Position numbers and translations under genes: made by a program
Shown here: positions 1 to 14,672 of the stretch, piece by piece
How the letters are laid out: each line of letters opens with the position of its first letter
Numbering within the stretch: position 1 is the stretch's first letter
Assembly (NCBI GenBank): GCA_000004695.1
Contig: CM000150.2
Span: 3,648,001 to 3,712,000, forward strand
Length of the DNA stretch: 64,000 nucleotides
Source of the DNA: Dictyostelium discoideum
Taxonomy: Eukaryota
Reading direction: 5' to 3'
The notes under the pieces: generated by a model
What the model saw: only the letters and a program-made list of their open reading frames with translations
What the model was told of the DNA's origin: nothing
The model's database searches: none

Positions 1-460
1 AATTGATGATTTAAATAAAAGAGTTGAAAAAAATAGAATTGAAAATGGTGAGTCTATAAAAGATAAACCATCACTAAAGTATGATCGTTTTAGACCAAAT
101 TTAATAATCAATGGGACAACTCCATTTCAAGAGGATCATTGGAAGTCAATTGAAATTGAGAATAAATCAGAAACGACCACTACTACTATCGAATTGAAAA
201 TAGCCGATGGTAATGCTCGTTGTCCTGTCGTTACTATTGATCAAGATATGGGTGTACTTGATCCTTACAACGATGATGAACCATTGAGAACTTTAAAAAC
301 TTTTAGAAAAGTTGATTGTGTTATTGGTCAAAAAGTTTTATTTGGTACCTATGCTGTAACTAATCCAAAGGATCTTGGAAAATTCATTTATGTTGGTGAT
401 AAAATAAATATTTTACAAGTTGGTTTTAGTTCTAATTTTTATTCAAAAATTCCAAAATAG
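1..460 (+). CDS. 3' portion of a MOSC-domain (MOCO sulfurase C-terminal / mARC-like) protein; its 5' end lies outside the window
   Basis: Open frame from the window edge to the stop at 458-460 (codons start at nt 2). The translation IDDLNKRVEKNRIENGESIKDKPSLKYDRFRPNLIINGTTPFQEDHWKSIEIE...CPVVTIDQDMGVLDPYNDDEPLRTLKTFRKVDCVIGQKVLFGTYAV matches the conserved RFRPN[IL]...PF.ED.W / CxRC...D core of MOSC domains. Confidence 0.7.
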   Translation, partial: IDDLNKRVEKNRIENGESIKDKPSLKYDRFRPNLIINGTTPFQEDHWKSIEIENKSETTTTTIELKIADGNARCPVVTIDQDMGVLDPYNDDEPLRTLKTFRKVDCVIGQKVLFGTYAVTNPKDLGKFIYVGDKINILQVGFSSNFYSKIPK

Positions 461-465
461 GTAGG

Positions 466-537
<72 letters not shown>

Positions 538-822
538 AGGTAAAAAAAAAAAAAAAATCTGTGTGTGGGTGAAAAAAAAAAAAAAAAATATCTATTTAAT
601 CAAGATCGTATATCCACTTATTATTTTCACAAATTTTTCCAAAAAAAAAAAAAATAAAAAAAAAAAAATAATAATAATAATAATGATAAAAAAAAAACAA
701 TAATAATATTACATATAATATTTATTTCATTAAATCTGATAAAAATATAAAAAAAAAAAAAAAAAAAAAAAACAAAAAAAATAAAAAAAAAAAAAAATAG
801 TTTATTAGTGAACTATATAAAC

Positions 823-942
823 AATCAAAAAGAAAGATATGATAAACTTATAAGAAAGAAAAGAAATTTGAAAAAAGTAAATAATCAAAAAGAAAGATAT
901 GATAAACTTATAAGAAAAAAAAAGAAATTTGAAAAGTAAATA
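823..942. repeat. Two tandem copies of a roughly 60-bp unit (aatcaaaaagaaagatatgataaacttataagaaagaaaagaaatttgaaaaaagtaaat)
   Basis: A direct sequence repeat is visible at 823-882 and 883-942, with minor indels in the A-runs. Confidence 0.8.
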
Positions 943-1277
943 TCAAAAATTTTTTGAGCAACGATTACCATAAAATTAGTGGAATTTTTGGAAATCTTAT
1001 AAATAAATTTTTTCTTTTTTTTTTCTTTTTTTTTTTTTTGAAAATTATAATTTATTTTTTTTTTATTTTTTTTTATTTTTTTTCACTGAAAATAAATTGA
1101 CTATAAATTTAAAAAAAAATTTTCACTTTTTAAAACATTCATTTGTTGAATTATAATCAAATACTAAAGTAAATATTATAAAATTAATTTTTTTTATTTT
1201 TTTTTTATCTATTTAATTTTTCTTTATCATTTTATTTTTTATGTTTTTTTCTCCCTTCTCTATTTTTTTTATTATTA

Positions 1278-1326
<49 letters not shown>

Positions 1327-1782
1327 GAAATTTCAATAGTAGATATTATATAAATTAATAATTATAGCACAATCATAATCATAACCAAAAATATCAATTC
1401 AATATAATTTTTTCTTTGTTTATTAACAAAAAAAAAAAATTGAAAAAAAAAAAAATTAAAAAAAAAAAAAAAACAACTATTCACACCCCATCTGATCAAA
1501 TTTTTTTTTTTTTTAAGATATTTTTCCTCCAACTGCAAAATATCCTAAAATTTTTCAAAAAAAAACTTTTTTTTTTAATTTTAATTTATTTTTTTTTAAT
1601 TTTTTTTTCACAAAATTTTTTTTAATTTTTTTTTTTTCTTTTTTTCTATATTTTTTGATGCTTTATTAAATCAAAACTAATTTTTTTTTTTTTTTTTTTT
1701 TTTATTTAGATTTTTTTTTTTTTTTTTTTAAATTATTATTTATAAATAATCTTTATCTTTAACTCTATATATATAAAAAATA

Positions 1783-4408
1783 ATGGCCGATTTAAACTCT
1801 GTTATTAGAATTAAACCATTTCATTTCATTCACGTAAGTTTATAAAAAAAAAAAACAATAAAAAAAAAAGTAATCATTATTAATTTATTTTTTAATTTTT
1901 TATTTTTTTTATATAAATTAATTTTAGGTATTAGATAATAATACAAATGTTACTAGAGTTGAAGTTGGACCACAAACTTTTACAAGACAAGATCATGAAA
2001 AGTTAGTAAGTGGCCCAGAACCAATGATTATGATCCCACAACGTAACTATTGTACAATTTCAAATCCAGTAGTTCGTAATGAAAATGGTTCATTAGTATT
2101 GGATGAATATGGTCAAGTTAAATTAAGACATGGTGATGAAGAGATTCGTTTCTCACAAGAACCATTCCCATTATATCCAGGTGAAAAAATTTCAGGTAAA
2201 GTTACCGCTCTCCAAGTTGTTGCACCATTAAAGGCTTTACGTCTTCGTGCTCTCCGTGATTTCACTGAAGCTAAAGTCACTCATGTTGCTGGTGATGAAT
2301 GGTTATTTGAAGGTCCAGCAACCTATCTCCCACGTATTGATGTTAGAATTGAAGAAGAAATCAAAGCAACCATCATTGGACCAAATCAAGCACTCAAATT
2401 ACGTGCCAACAAAGCATGTTCCGATCGTTCAGGTGTTGCAAGAAAAGCTGGTGAAGAGTGGTTAGTTCGTCAACATGGTGCCTACCTCCCAGGTGTCGAT
2501 GAAAAAGTCGTTGAAATTGTAAATGCCTACGTCTTAACTGACAAGAAAGCACTCCACCTCAAAGCCACTAAAACCTTTTTAGATGAAACCAGAAAAACAC
2601 AACGTAAAGCTGGTGAGGAATGGTTAGTTGTTAGCACCGATGCTGAAACTCATATCCCAGATGTTTATGAACAAGTCGTTGGTGAAGTTCATATTACTAC
2701 CCTCTCAAATCGTCAATACTGTGTTGTTTTGGATCCAATTGGTGCCAATGGTAAACCACAACTTGGTCATAAACAATTAAGAAAGGGTGAACTCGCTTTC
2801 TTCTTAAACCCAGGTGAATCATTAGAAGGTAACAAAATTCACAATATCTACGTTTTAACCGAACAAGAAGCACTCTTACTCCGTGCTAAAGAAACCTTTT
2901 CCATTGATGGTGAATCTCATTTAGCTGGTGATCGTTGGATGATCTATGGTCCATGTGATTATGTTCCACCAGTTCAAGTTGAAGTCGTTGAAAAACGTGA
3001 ATCCATTCCATTGGATGAAAATGAAGGTATCTACGTTCGTGATATTAAAACCGGTAAAGTTGCATCAATCAAAGGTCAATCATACATGTTAAAAGCAAAT
3101 GAAGAACTTTGGGAAAAAGTTTTACCACGTACTGTCGAAGAAGTTCTTGCCAAAGAATCACTCAACCCAGAATTCACTGATAATCGTGATTCAACTCGTG
3201 TTGTTACCTATCGTGCTCCACACAATAGTGCTGTTCAAATCTATGATTACAAAGAAAAGAAATCACGTGTTGTCTTTGGTCCAGATCTTGTTATGTTAGG
3301 TCCAGATGAACATTTCACCGTTCTCTCTTTATCTGGTGATAAACCAAAACGTCCACATCAAATCAAAGCTATCGCTCTCTTTTTAGGTCCAGATTTCATG
3401 ACTGATGTTGTCATTGTCGAAACTTCTGATCATGCTCGTCTCTCCCTTAAATTATCATACAATTGGGAATTCAAAGTTGATCGTTCCAAGATTGAAGATG
3501 CTCAAAAGATCTTCCAAGTACCAGATTTTGTTGGTGACTCATGTAAAGCTATTGCCTCAAGAGTTAGAGGTGCTGTTGCTGCAGTCTCTTTTGATGATTT
3601 CCACAAACGTTCCGCTGAAGTCATCCGTCAATCCGTTTTTGGTTTAGATGAATCTGGTGAAGTCCGTAAGAACTTCTCTTTCAATTCAAACAACCTTGTC
3701 ATCACCAACATTGATATTCAATCTGTTGAACCAGTCGATCAACGTACTCGTGATTCACTCCAAAAATCTGTCCAATTGGCCATTGAAATCACCACCAAAT
3801 CACAAGAAGCTGCTGCTCGTCATGAAGCTGAACGTCTTGAACAAGGTGCTCGTGGTAGACTCGAACGTCAAAAGATTCACGATGAAGCTCAAGCAGAGTT
3901 AGCTCGTAAAGATTTATTACAACTCCAAGCTCAATCAGCTGCAGTCGAGTCAACTGGTCAAGCTACCGCTGAAGCTCAAGCTACTGCTGAAGCTGCTAAC
4001 ATTGCTGCTGAAGCCAATGTTAAACAAGCTGAATTAAAAGCTCAAGCCACCAAGATTCGTTCAGAATCTGAAATTTCTCTCTTAAAAGCCAAGAGAGAAA
4101 ATGAACTCTCATACCAAAAATCAATTGATGAACTCGAACTCACCAAACAATCTGATCTCGCTGAAATTGAAGCCTCCAAATTCAAAGCAATCGTTGAATC
4201 CATTGGTAGAGATACCCTCAAATCAATTGCTTGTGCTGGTAATGAAATGCAAGCTAAATTATTACAAGGTTTGGGTCTTAAATCATTTATGATCACCGAC
4301 GGTAAATCACCACTCAACCTTTTCGATACTGCCAACGGTATCATTGGTAATAACAATCAAATGGTAAACATGTCAAATGCTGCCAAACAATCTGGTAGAA
4401 GAAATTAA
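1783..4408 (+). CDS. mvpA: Major vault protein alpha; exons 1783..1833 and 1928..4408
   Basis: ATG at 1783 encodes [17 protein letters not shown], followed by a GTAAGT donor at 1834 and a TTTTAG acceptor ending at 1927. This joins in frame to the 794-aa ORF ([18 protein letters not shown]...). The MVP repeat and shoulder domains and the C-terminal coiled coil are recognisable, and the N-terminus matches my memory of Dictyostelium MVP-alpha. Confidence 0.93.
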
Positions 4409-4812
4409 AAAAAAATAATAATCAAAAAAAAAAAAAAAAAAAAAAAAAACAAATACCATTTTCAAATACAAAAAAAAAAAAAAAGAATGAGATAAAAAAC
4501 ATTCTTTTTTTTTATTAGAACAAAAAATATTTAGTTTTTTTTTAAAATAATGATAATAAAATAAAAAAAACTATTGTAAAATTAAATTTCTATATAATAT
4601 TTAATACATATTTTTATTTTTAATTAAATAATTTGATTTTATATTAATACTTTTATTTTTGGAAATTATCTCTAATTTTTTTGATTATTTTTATTAAAAA
4701 ATAAAATTATTTCAGATAAAAAAAGAAATAATTTTTTTGGTTGGAAAAAGATAATTTTTATTTATTTTGTTTGGGTTGAAAGAGGAGTTAAAAAAAAAAA
4801 AATGTTGTAAAA

Positions 4813-4820
4813 ATAATTTT
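4813..4820 (+). promoter_or_regulatory. DUSE-like element (ACCCATAA) as found upstream of Dictyostelium small ncRNA genes
   Basis: It matches the [AT]CCCA[CT]AA consensus exactly. It sits in a small GC-richer island (gggttgagcgaacccataa) within otherwise AT-only intergenic DNA. Confidence 0.3.
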
Positions 4821-4879
4821 GGGTTGAGCGAACCCATAATAAATTTTAATATTTAAGAACCTCTTGGATTTTTGTTTTA

Positions 4880-4995
4880 ATTTTTAGGAGTAAAGATAAA
4901 ATTAAAGGAAGATTTGGAGTGTACAAAGGAATATCAATATCAAGATATATTTACGATATATTTTATAATTCTTTCCACAATAGAGCAATTTTTAA
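4880..4995 (+). ncRNA. Candidate small non-coding RNA downstream of the DUSE-like motif (speculative)
   Basis: About 60 nt downstream of the motif begins a 115-nt segment of atypically balanced composition (ggagtaaagataaaattaaaggaagatttggagtgtacaaaggaatatcaatatcaagatatatttacgatat…ccacaatagagcaattttt). It ends in a T5 run (a Pol III-type terminator). There is no ORF and no clear C/D or H/ACA boxes. Confidence 0.2.
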
Positions 4996-5374
4996 AAACA
5001 AAAAAAAATCTATATTTGAATAAATACAAAAACAAATAATAATATATTATTATTATTTTCGAAATTAAATTCTTTCATTTTTTATTTTTTTTATTTTTAT
5101 TCAATTTGATTAATTGTTTTGATTTTTTTAAAAAAAAAATAATTTGGACATTAAATGTTAAAAATAAATCTTTTTTTTTTTTATCAAAAAATTCTAAAAA
5201 TAACTATTAAAATATCTAAATATTAAAATAAATATTAATTAAATAAATAAATAAATTTTGATAAAAATAAATTAAAGTTGATAATTATTTATTATTATTG
5301 ATAAAATTTTTTTTCAAAGAAAACTAAAAATAAAAATTTATAAGAAAATCTGATTAAATTTTTTTTTTATTAAT

Positions 5375-7402
<2,028 letters not shown>

Positions 7403-7888
7403 TATTGGTTTATTTGATGTGGAAACCTTTTAATTTTTTTTTTTTTTTTTTTATATTGCTTCACTTAGACAATTATTTCAAAAAATAAAAAAAATAAAAA
7501 AAATAAAAAAAAAAAAAAAAAAATAAAAATTTGGTCAGGTGCTGTTCCAAGTCATTAATTAGTTTTTTTTTGGAAAATAAAAAATAAAATAAATAAAAAA
7601 AAGTAAAAAGATGGAAATAAATAAAAATAAAATAAATTAAAAAATTAATAAAAAAAAGGATAAATTTTGATTAGAAAAAAAAAAAAATAATAATAGTGAT
7701 AATATGAAAAAAAAAAAAGTAAACAAAAAATAAAAAGAAGTTTTATAAAATTTTGTTTTTATTATATTGTTTTTTTTATTATTATTAATATTATTATTAT
7801 AATTATTATTTAATCGTTTTTTATTTTAATTATTATTTTTACTATTATTATTTAATCATTTTTTATTTTAATATATTTTTTCTTTTTT

Positions 7889-7933
<45 letters not shown>

Positions 7934-8010
7934 GGATGTATTGTACAAATTGTATGTGTCATTTAAACACCAACAAACTATATGTATATTTATATATTTA
8001 TTACTATTTA

Positions 8011-8152
8011 CTATTTTATAATTTGGATACTTGTTTCTTCATCAAAATATGAATCAGATTGCCTCATATCACTTTTTGAATTTGGTGATAAACTAACAGA
8101 TAATTCCTTTTTTTCGTTATCATCATGTATTTCATTATCAACAATATTATTA

Positions 8153-8193
<41 letters not shown>

Positions 8194-8903
8194 TTTATTT
8201 TTATTTTTATTATTGTCAATATCGTTATCGTTATCGTTATCACTATCATTAATGTTACATTGTTTATTTGCACTATTACTGGTGGTATTTTTACTTTCAA
8301 TGTTCTCCATTATATCTTCTCTTTCTGTTTCTTCTTCTGCTCCTGCCTCTTCCTCTTTATTATTATCTTCTTTATTATTATTGATTCTATTGATAATATT
8401 ATTATCATTATTAATAAAAGTATTATTAGGTTTATCAATAGTTGAAAAAGTGGAAGTTGTGATGGTTATTGTAGGGTTATCATTTATTTGAGATTGACCT
8501 TCAAGTAATCTTGCTTGTTGTTTTATTTTCTCTCTCAGTTGTTTAATTGTATCCTCAAGACTTTCAATTTGGTCAGAATACACTCTATTAATAACTTTTA
8601 ATTCTGCGCAATCACTACATTCATTACTATTATTATTATTGTTATTATTATTGGTATTGTTATTATTATTATTATTACTATTACTATTATTACTATTACT
8701 ATTACTATTACTATTACTATTACTATTACTATTACTATTACTATTAATATTACTATTACTATTACTATTACTATTACTATTACTATTATTATAGCTATTA
8801 TAATTATTATTGCCATTATTGTTTTGGGTATGATAATTGAAATCATCATTATGATTTGATCTACAATTGCTATTTCTATTGTTTTGGAAATTATTATTAT
8901 TTA

Positions 8904-8997
<94 letters not shown>

Positions 8998-9026
8998 TAA
9001 ATTACTATTGTTTATATTATTATTTA

Positions 9027-9105
<79 letters not shown>

Positions 9106-9272
9106 GAATCTAATATTATTTGGAGAGGAAGAGGAGGAAGAAGCTGGTGAATTAACAATTGGACTCATACTTGGTGCATTGAAATTACTTGAAATTTCAA
9201 TTGAAGTACGTGGTTCCTTTCTCTTTTGATTTAATGGCGGTGAATCATCATAAGAAAAGTCATTATTATTAC

Positions 9273-9332
<60 letters not shown>

Positions 9333-9704
9333 TACTTGAATTGTTAAAATTATTATTATTATTATTATTAAAATTATTTTCAATAATATTATTTAAATTA
9401 TATTTTGAGGGTTTGGAAGGTTTTGGTAATTTTGGAGGTTTATCTTTATTTTTGTTGGCTTTCTTTTTTAAGTTTGTAATTTTATCATAAACCTGTTCAC
9501 ATGAAAAGTGGCTTGGAAAAATTTGCATTGAATGGATATGTTTGGCAATGGCTTGGTTTGATTTATATGCTCCGCTTGCATATAACTCGTGAAATAAATT
9601 CCACAACTCATCACTTTGTTTATCATTCCAAGAAGCACCTCTTTTTTTGCCAACTCTTTTTATTTCTCCTTTGGAATTATTATTATTAAAGTTAATATTA
9701 TTAA

Positions 9705-9770
<66 letters not shown>

Positions 9771-9864
9771 TATTATTATTATTGCTGTTATCATTGAAAT
9801 TATTATTATTTTGGTTGCCACTTTTGCTGTAGCTATTATTATTGTTAATATTATTATTATTATA

Positions 9865-9897
<33 letters not shown>

Positions 9898-9926
9898 ATT
9901 ATTATTATTATTATTACTATTATTAA

Positions 9927-9957
<31 letters not shown>

Positions 9958-10191
9958 ATTGCTATTATTATTATAAGTATTATTATTATAGGTATTATTA
10001 TTATAGTTATTTCTATAATTATTATTTAAATTTTCATCATAATCGTCATCTATGGAATAACTTTGATCAAAATCATCACTCTCAATTGTTTCTTCATTTT
10101 CAAATTTTCTTTTATTTTTATTATTAGGAATTTCATTACCAATTTTACTATTACTGTTATTATTACTATTATTATTGTTGTTATTATCCAT
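8011..10191 (-). CDS. Hypothetical N-rich protein, paralogous in architecture to 5375..7402 (basic stretch + SWNDKQSDELWNLFHELY motif + coiled coil)
   Basis: Long minus-strand ORF. The track start at 10326 is a poly-T read-through, and the first true ATG is at 10191 (MDNNNNNNSNNN…). The motif GKKRGASWNDKQSDELWNLFHELYASG and the coiled coil IESLEDTIKQLREKIKQQARLLE mirror the neighbouring gene. Confidence 0.55.
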
Positions 10192-10244
10192 TGGTAAATA
10201 GAAATAAAAAAAAAAAAAAAATGGGTAAAAAAAATTATTGAAAA

Positions 10245-10276
<32 letters not shown>

Positions 10277-10613
10277 AGAAAAGAATTGAAAAAAAAAAAA
10301 AAATTATATGTAAAAAAAAATACCAAAAAAAATCACTTTTTTTTCTAATTTTTTTTTTTAAAAAAAATAAGGCATCAGCTGAATAAATAGCCATTTTTTT
10401 TAAAATTTTTTCGAAAACAGATTTGTGTTTTCATTTTTTTGAATCTTGGGTCGTTGTTTTTTGCCACACATTTTTTTTTTTTTTATTTTTATTTTTTTTT
10501 TATTTGCATTTTTTTTTTTTTTTTGCACTTTGGGAAAAGTCTTTTTTTTTTTTTTTTCTTTTTTTTTGACTTTTGAAAAAGTGACTTTTTTTTTTATTTC
10601 CCAAAAAAATAAA

Positions 10614-11264
10614 TTACTTTTTTTTTTCACTATTTTTGTCAAGAAAATTGTTGGTTTCACCACTATTATTATTATTACTATTATTATTATTATTATTATT
10701 TTCTTTAAAATCTTCATCAGTATATGGTAAATATTTCATTGCTTTTAAAGCTTTAATATTTTCTTTATGAATTAATTTTTCTTCATCAGTTAATTTTGAT
10801 TCATCAATTGGGAAATTTATTATGTTATTATTATCAAGATTGGTTGAATTTTGGGTTTCAGTCAAAATTAAATTTGGAATTTTTTCAGATTTTTTACCTC
10901 TCATCATATCACCAAAATCTTTGACAGTTTCAATATTGTAGGCACTTTTTAAAACATAAACTAAACCTGTTGTCATTGCGGCACAAATTGCAGTACCACC
11001 AATTAATGCTTTAACAGCGGATCCAACTACACCAGGTGGTGCTGTTCTAATTGTTTGTCTAATTCCTCCATTCTTTCTTAAACCAACTAATAAACCAACA
11101 CCAAATCCAACTGCTGATAAACAACCTGCTGAAATAAAAAACATACTTAATGGCATTTCTTTATTTAAAAATGATGGTGCCATTATATGTTTTGGTAAAT
11201 TATCAAATGAAAAAAATGATGATTTATTTTCATTATTTTCATTATTTATATTATTATTATCCAT
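10614..11264 (-). CDS. Small glycine-zipper membrane protein (Tim17/Tim22/Romo1-like fold suspected)
   Basis: ATG at 11264 (MDNNNINNENNENK…). The track's upstream start is a TTG. The central segment AGCLSAVGFGVGLLVGLRKNGG…TAPPGVVGSAVKALIGGTAICAAMTTGLVYVL is a two-helix GxxxG/AxxxG glycine-zipper hairpin, with an acidic N-rich tail. Confidence 0.5.
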   Translation of the reverse strand: MDNNNINNENNENKSSFFSFDNLPKHIMAPSFLNKEMPLSMFFISAGCLSAVGFGVGLLVGLRKNGGIRQTIRTAPPGVVGSAVKALIGGTAICAAMTTGLVYVLKSAYNIETVKDFGDMMRGKKSEKIPNLILTETQNSTNLDNNNIINFPIDESKLTDEEKLIHKENIKALKAMKYLPYTDEDFKENNNNNNNSNNNNSGETNNFLDKNSEKKK

Positions 11265-11774
11265 TTTTTTAATTGATTTCGGATTGTTTTTTTTTTTTTT
11301 AAAATTAAAAATCAAATGAAAAAAATAAAAAAATAAAAAAAGTGATAAATTTCACCAAAAAAAAAAAAAAAAAAAAACCAAAAAAAAAACCAAAAAAAAA
11401 TTGTTTTTTTTGTTTTTTTTTTTTTCACATCAATGTGAGAACAAATAAATAAAATTTGATTTTAAAATTATTATTAAAATATTTTATTATTTTCACCTTT
11501 TATTACAGCATACCAGTTTTGTTGTGTTTTAAAGAATTTCCAAATCAGATAATCCTGGCAAATTTGTGATAAGAGTCCATTTTCCAAATGAATTAATCAC
11601 AGAAAATCTCTAATAATAAATAATAATAATAATAATAATAAAAATATTAATAATAATAATAGTAATAATAATAATAATTATAAAAATAAAATAAAATAAA
11701 ATAAAAATAAAAAGAAATAAATAAAATAAAATAAATAAATAAAAAAATAAATTTGTTTTAAATAAAATAAAAAT

Positions 11775-11809
<35 letters not shown>

Positions 11810-12514
11810 AATTTAGTTATATTAATTTGATAAAAACATAAGGATGGTTGGATATAAAAATTTCAGCATTTTAAAAAAAAGAATTATTTGAGCTATATAT
11901 TTTTTTTAAAAATAAAATTAATATGTGAACAAATAAAAAATTAGACACCCATTAAAAAAAAAATCAAAAATAATAATAATTACATTCGTTTTTTATATAT
12001 TTTATATCATTTTGTGTATTTTTGAGTGCTCTATTAATCTACACTAAATCTATTAAAAAAAATAAAATAAAATCATTATTGGGAAAAAAAAAAAAAAAAA
12101 AGAAAAAAAAAAGATGGAAATTTTTTTTTATTTGGGTGTGTAATTGGAATATTTTATTAATAAAATTAAAATGGGAAAAAAAAATTGTTTGGGTACCTAA
12201 TTTGAAAATTTTATTAATAAAATTAAAATGGGAAAAAGAATTTTTTTTAAATTGTGAAAAAAAAAGAAAAAAAGAATATAAAAGCCAAAATTTTTTTTTA
12301 ATAAATTATTATCAAACACCAAATCATACATATTAAATAAAATCAATATATATATAAAATTTTAAATTCTTTTTTTTTTAAACAAATAATTCTTTGCCTT
12401 ATGAGCTTAAAAAATAATTGTAAGTTGAAAAAAATTTATAAAGATTTATAATGGTTTCTAATATTTTTAATTAGCTTTTAAAGATTTAGTGGATTATCTT
12501 TTTGATAAATATTC

Positions 12515-13090
12515 ATTCAATACTAGGATCACGAGATAACTCATACCATTCATGTGCACCAGTGTAATTTTCTACATTTTTAACAATCTTTAATTCAAAG
12601 TTAAGAGAATCAATATTTAAGATAACATAACATGCACGATAAACACCTTCAGTGCGATATTTAATTTCAGAAATTTTTTTTTTAAATTTTTTTTATCAAT
12701 TGTTTTCATTTGATTAATATAATTCTCGTATGAAATTGTACCTCTAAAAAGGTCTTTGAATTTTTGATAGGCATGGTATCCTTTTAAAATATATAATTGA
12801 CAAAATTCATTATATTTTTGAAGGGTTCTATTTTTACTCTTGACACCACCAAATGAAACATGTTTCCCAAACAATCCTCTAACTTTATCTTTTACGTCAT
12901 CAATATTATTTTGGCAAAATTTGGTGGCTTAATCAACATTGAAGCAATCATCATATTGATTTCCATTATTTACCAAATAATCTATAAGAGTTTTGTTTTT
13001 TTCGTTATTATATTCATGCTTTTGAATAAAATTGTGAGCTATTTCTAGCTGTTTTATTTCAGATTGGGTCAAGTTATTAGCTTCATTTTC
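12515..13090 (-). pseudogene. Disrupted ORF (probable pseudogene) of unknown family
   Basis: A minus-strand reading gives about 190 aa of non-low-complexity protein (…NENEANNLTQSEIKQLEIAHNFIQKHEYNNEKNKTLIDYLVNNGNQYDDCFNVD*ATKFCQNNIDDVKDKVRGLFGKHVSFGGVKSKNRTLQKYNEFCQLYILKGYHAYQKFKDLFRGTISYENYINQMKTIDKKNLKKK/ISEIKYRTEGVYRACYVILNIDSLNFELKIVKNVENYTGAHEWYELSRDPSIE*). It has one in-frame TAA (about 12915) and one frameshift inside an A10 run (about 12670). It has no initiating ATG. Confidence 0.4.
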
Positions 13091-13468
13091 ATTATTTTAA
13101 AAAAATCTAGAAATTCAAAAATAATTTTAGAATCACTTAAAGATCATTTAATTATTGATTTCAATACTGCTTCTTTATTAACTGACAAAGATTGGGAAAA
13201 ATGTATCAAACCAATAGGTTTAAGAATATTATTCTTATCACATTTAAAACAACAAAATGATAATGATAATAATAATAATACAGATTACGTAGATACTATA
13301 AGAAAAAGAGTAAAAAACACTGATGGCAGTGATAGTGGTAGTAATATTAATAAAGATTATGAAGCAAATGATATTTCAGATGGGTTGTTCCAACGTCAAG
13401 CATTCCTTCATCCAGAAATTGATGATCCTATAAAAAAAAATAATAATAACGATTTTAACAAAGATTAA
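13064..13468 (+). other. ORF lacking any ATG (the track start is a TTG); possible downstream exon of an unannotated gene, or spurious
   Basis: 134-codon open frame preceded by an acceptor-like tttatttcag at 13053-13062. It is non-repetitive (DKDWEKCIKPIGLRILFLSHLKQQ…LFQRQAFLHPEIDDPIKK) but contains no Met codon and I recognise no domain. Confidence 0.25.
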
Positions 13469-13673
13469 GATACATATTAATACAAATAATAAAAGAAATT
13501 ACTAAATAAATATCAAATAAAACATTTAAATAAAAAAATAAAAAAATTTATTAAAACTTAAGGAGTTCACATAAGAATTTAAGAGATTATTTTTTTTATT
13601 TTTTTTTATTTTGTTTTTTTTTTTTTTTATTTATTTTGTTTTATTTTAATTTAATTTAATTTAATTTATTTTT

Positions 13674-14641
13674 CTATTGTGTATATTGATTAATAATATT
13701 TGATAATTGTGGTTGTGATTGAATTACTGGTTTCATTTGATTAAAATATTTTCTAATTATTGATTTTAATTGACCAGAGATTAAAAGTTTTGAAGAAGCA
13801 CCCAATTGATATTTTTCACTTGATAGAATTGAACCTAAACCTTTGACCAATTCAGCCAAGAGTAATTGTTGTTCACTGATTGAAGTATTTAATTTGAATT
13901 CTTTCTCTTGACTTTGATTCTCTTCAAGATCTAAAGTTAGTGTTTGAATGATGATAATTGTTTTTTGAATTGAATTATGAAGACATTCCCAAGTGAAAGG
14001 TTCAGTGATGAAACGATCTATATTCTCAGGTTTCATAAACCAAGTTACTGTATCGATTGGATAAATGATTTTAAATGTTACAAATTTATCAACAACAATG
14101 ACAATATGTTGATGAGAGAGTTTCCAAAATTCAAAGATTGAACGAATACATTCTTGACGATCATCTTGAGATTTCAAAACTGTTTTAAAGAGGGTGATAT
14201 ATCTTTCGATGGCATATGTTAAATGAGAGAATGAGGTTGAACCAATTTGAAGGATACATTTTGTCAATAACTCTACAATGTTTATATGTGATGGAATATT
14301 GGCAACATGAGAGATAATATTCTCCAATGGTTCCTTGGTCTTGAATGATAAAAGAAGTTTATGAGATTCTGCAATCAATTCTTTTGATTCCTCTTCTGGA
14401 TTATCTGCATTTAAAAATTTAAATGTTGGTGCAGGTGATGGTGGTAAATATTGATGATATTCACTTGGTAAATTTTGTTTAATCTTTTCTAAATATGATA
14501 AACGACAAAGTGATGATAAAACACGTTTAATATATATAATTCTTAATTCTCTATTTCTAATTTGATTTTCATCTTCAATTATTGCTGTTGTTGTTGCTGT
14601 GGAATCTTCTTTATTTTCATTTGAAGTACTACCTTCAACAG

Positions 14642-14672
<31 letters not shown>

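Noticed and set aside
1416-1625. 69-aa ORF made of K/F runs in the 5' flank of mvpA
   Set aside because: It is a translation of A/T homopolymer spacer. The track also uses TTG as a start. There is no complexity or codon structure.
12022-12336. 104-aa plus ORF with K-runs and a repeated LIKLKWEK segment
   Set aside because: It is low-complexity spacer containing a 60-bp imperfect direct repeat (ttttattaataaaattaaaatgggaaaaa… twice) and starts at a TTG. It is not convincingly coding.
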